Assembly (NCBI RefSeq): GCF_004010195.1
Contig: NC_057718.1
Span: forward strand, 66,411,351-66,475,350
DNA length: 64,000 nucleotides
Direction of reading: 5' to 3'
DNA from: Chiloscyllium plagiosum
Lineage: Eukaryota
Position numbers and translations under genes: made by a program. A model generated the notes under the pieces. The model searched no databases. It saw nothing but the letters and a program-made list of their open reading frames with translations, and was not told the DNA's origin. Shown piece after piece: positions 63,692 through 64,000 of this stretch (position 1 is the stretch's first letter; each line of letters opens with the position of its first letter).

Positions 63692-64000
63692 TGGCGAAAG
63701 TGAGGACTGCAGATGCTGGAGATTAGAATCGAAAGTGTGGTGCTGGAAGGCAAAAGCCTGATGAAGGGCCTTTGCCCAAAAAGTCGATTCTCCTGCTCCT
63801 CGGATGCTGCCTGACCTGCACATGATTTAGTCTACTGCATTCGCTGCACTCAATGTGGTCTCAATAACATTGGGGAAATAAAGTGTAGATTGGGTGACCA
63901 CATTGCAGAACACCTACATTCTGACTTTAAAAGATCCTGTGCTTCCAGTTGCCTGTCACTTCACCGCACCACCCTCTTGCCTGGCCAACACCTCTGTCAA
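63692..64000 (+). mobile_element. Inverted PLE pLTR pieces (family A) followed by a plus-strand GIY-YIG fragment running off the window
   Basis: 'ctgatgaagggcctttgcccaaaaagtc' is a degenerate hammerhead. Downstream 'LVYCIRCTQCGLNNIGEIKCRLGDHIAEHL'. Confidence 0.8.

Overview
This is eukaryotic genomic DNA from a cartilaginous fish. The inference rests on repeated HE1 V-SINEs with (TAATC)n tails, CR1 LINEs and Penelope-like elements; the tail type suggests a carpet or bamboo shark. The window lies inside a + strand TIAM-family Rac1 GEF gene that looks most like TIAM2. Three internal exons (27909-28076, 49700-49804, 61425-61503) splice in frame and encode the Ras-binding (RBD) domain and the start of the PDZ domain. 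The rest is intron, packed with mostly decayed, often nested transposable elements: one essentially full-length L1, many CR1s, RTE, L2, Penelope-like elements (PLEs), HE1 and other SINEs, Tigger/Tc2-type DNA elements and a retrovirus-like integrase remnant. There is a 250-N assembly gap. The most notable signal is about ten short PLE-terminus insertions from three sequence families that carry minimal hammerhead-ribozyme motifs (CUGANGA-stem-GAAA-CG/GC-UH). Several have target-site duplications, and several form fold-back palindromes. A candidate recursive splice site (CAG|GTGAGT) sits at 47862/47863. Most ORF-track entries are spurious or are decayed TE fragments. Repeat boundaries were set by eye and are approximate, and family names come from recalled motifs, not database searches.
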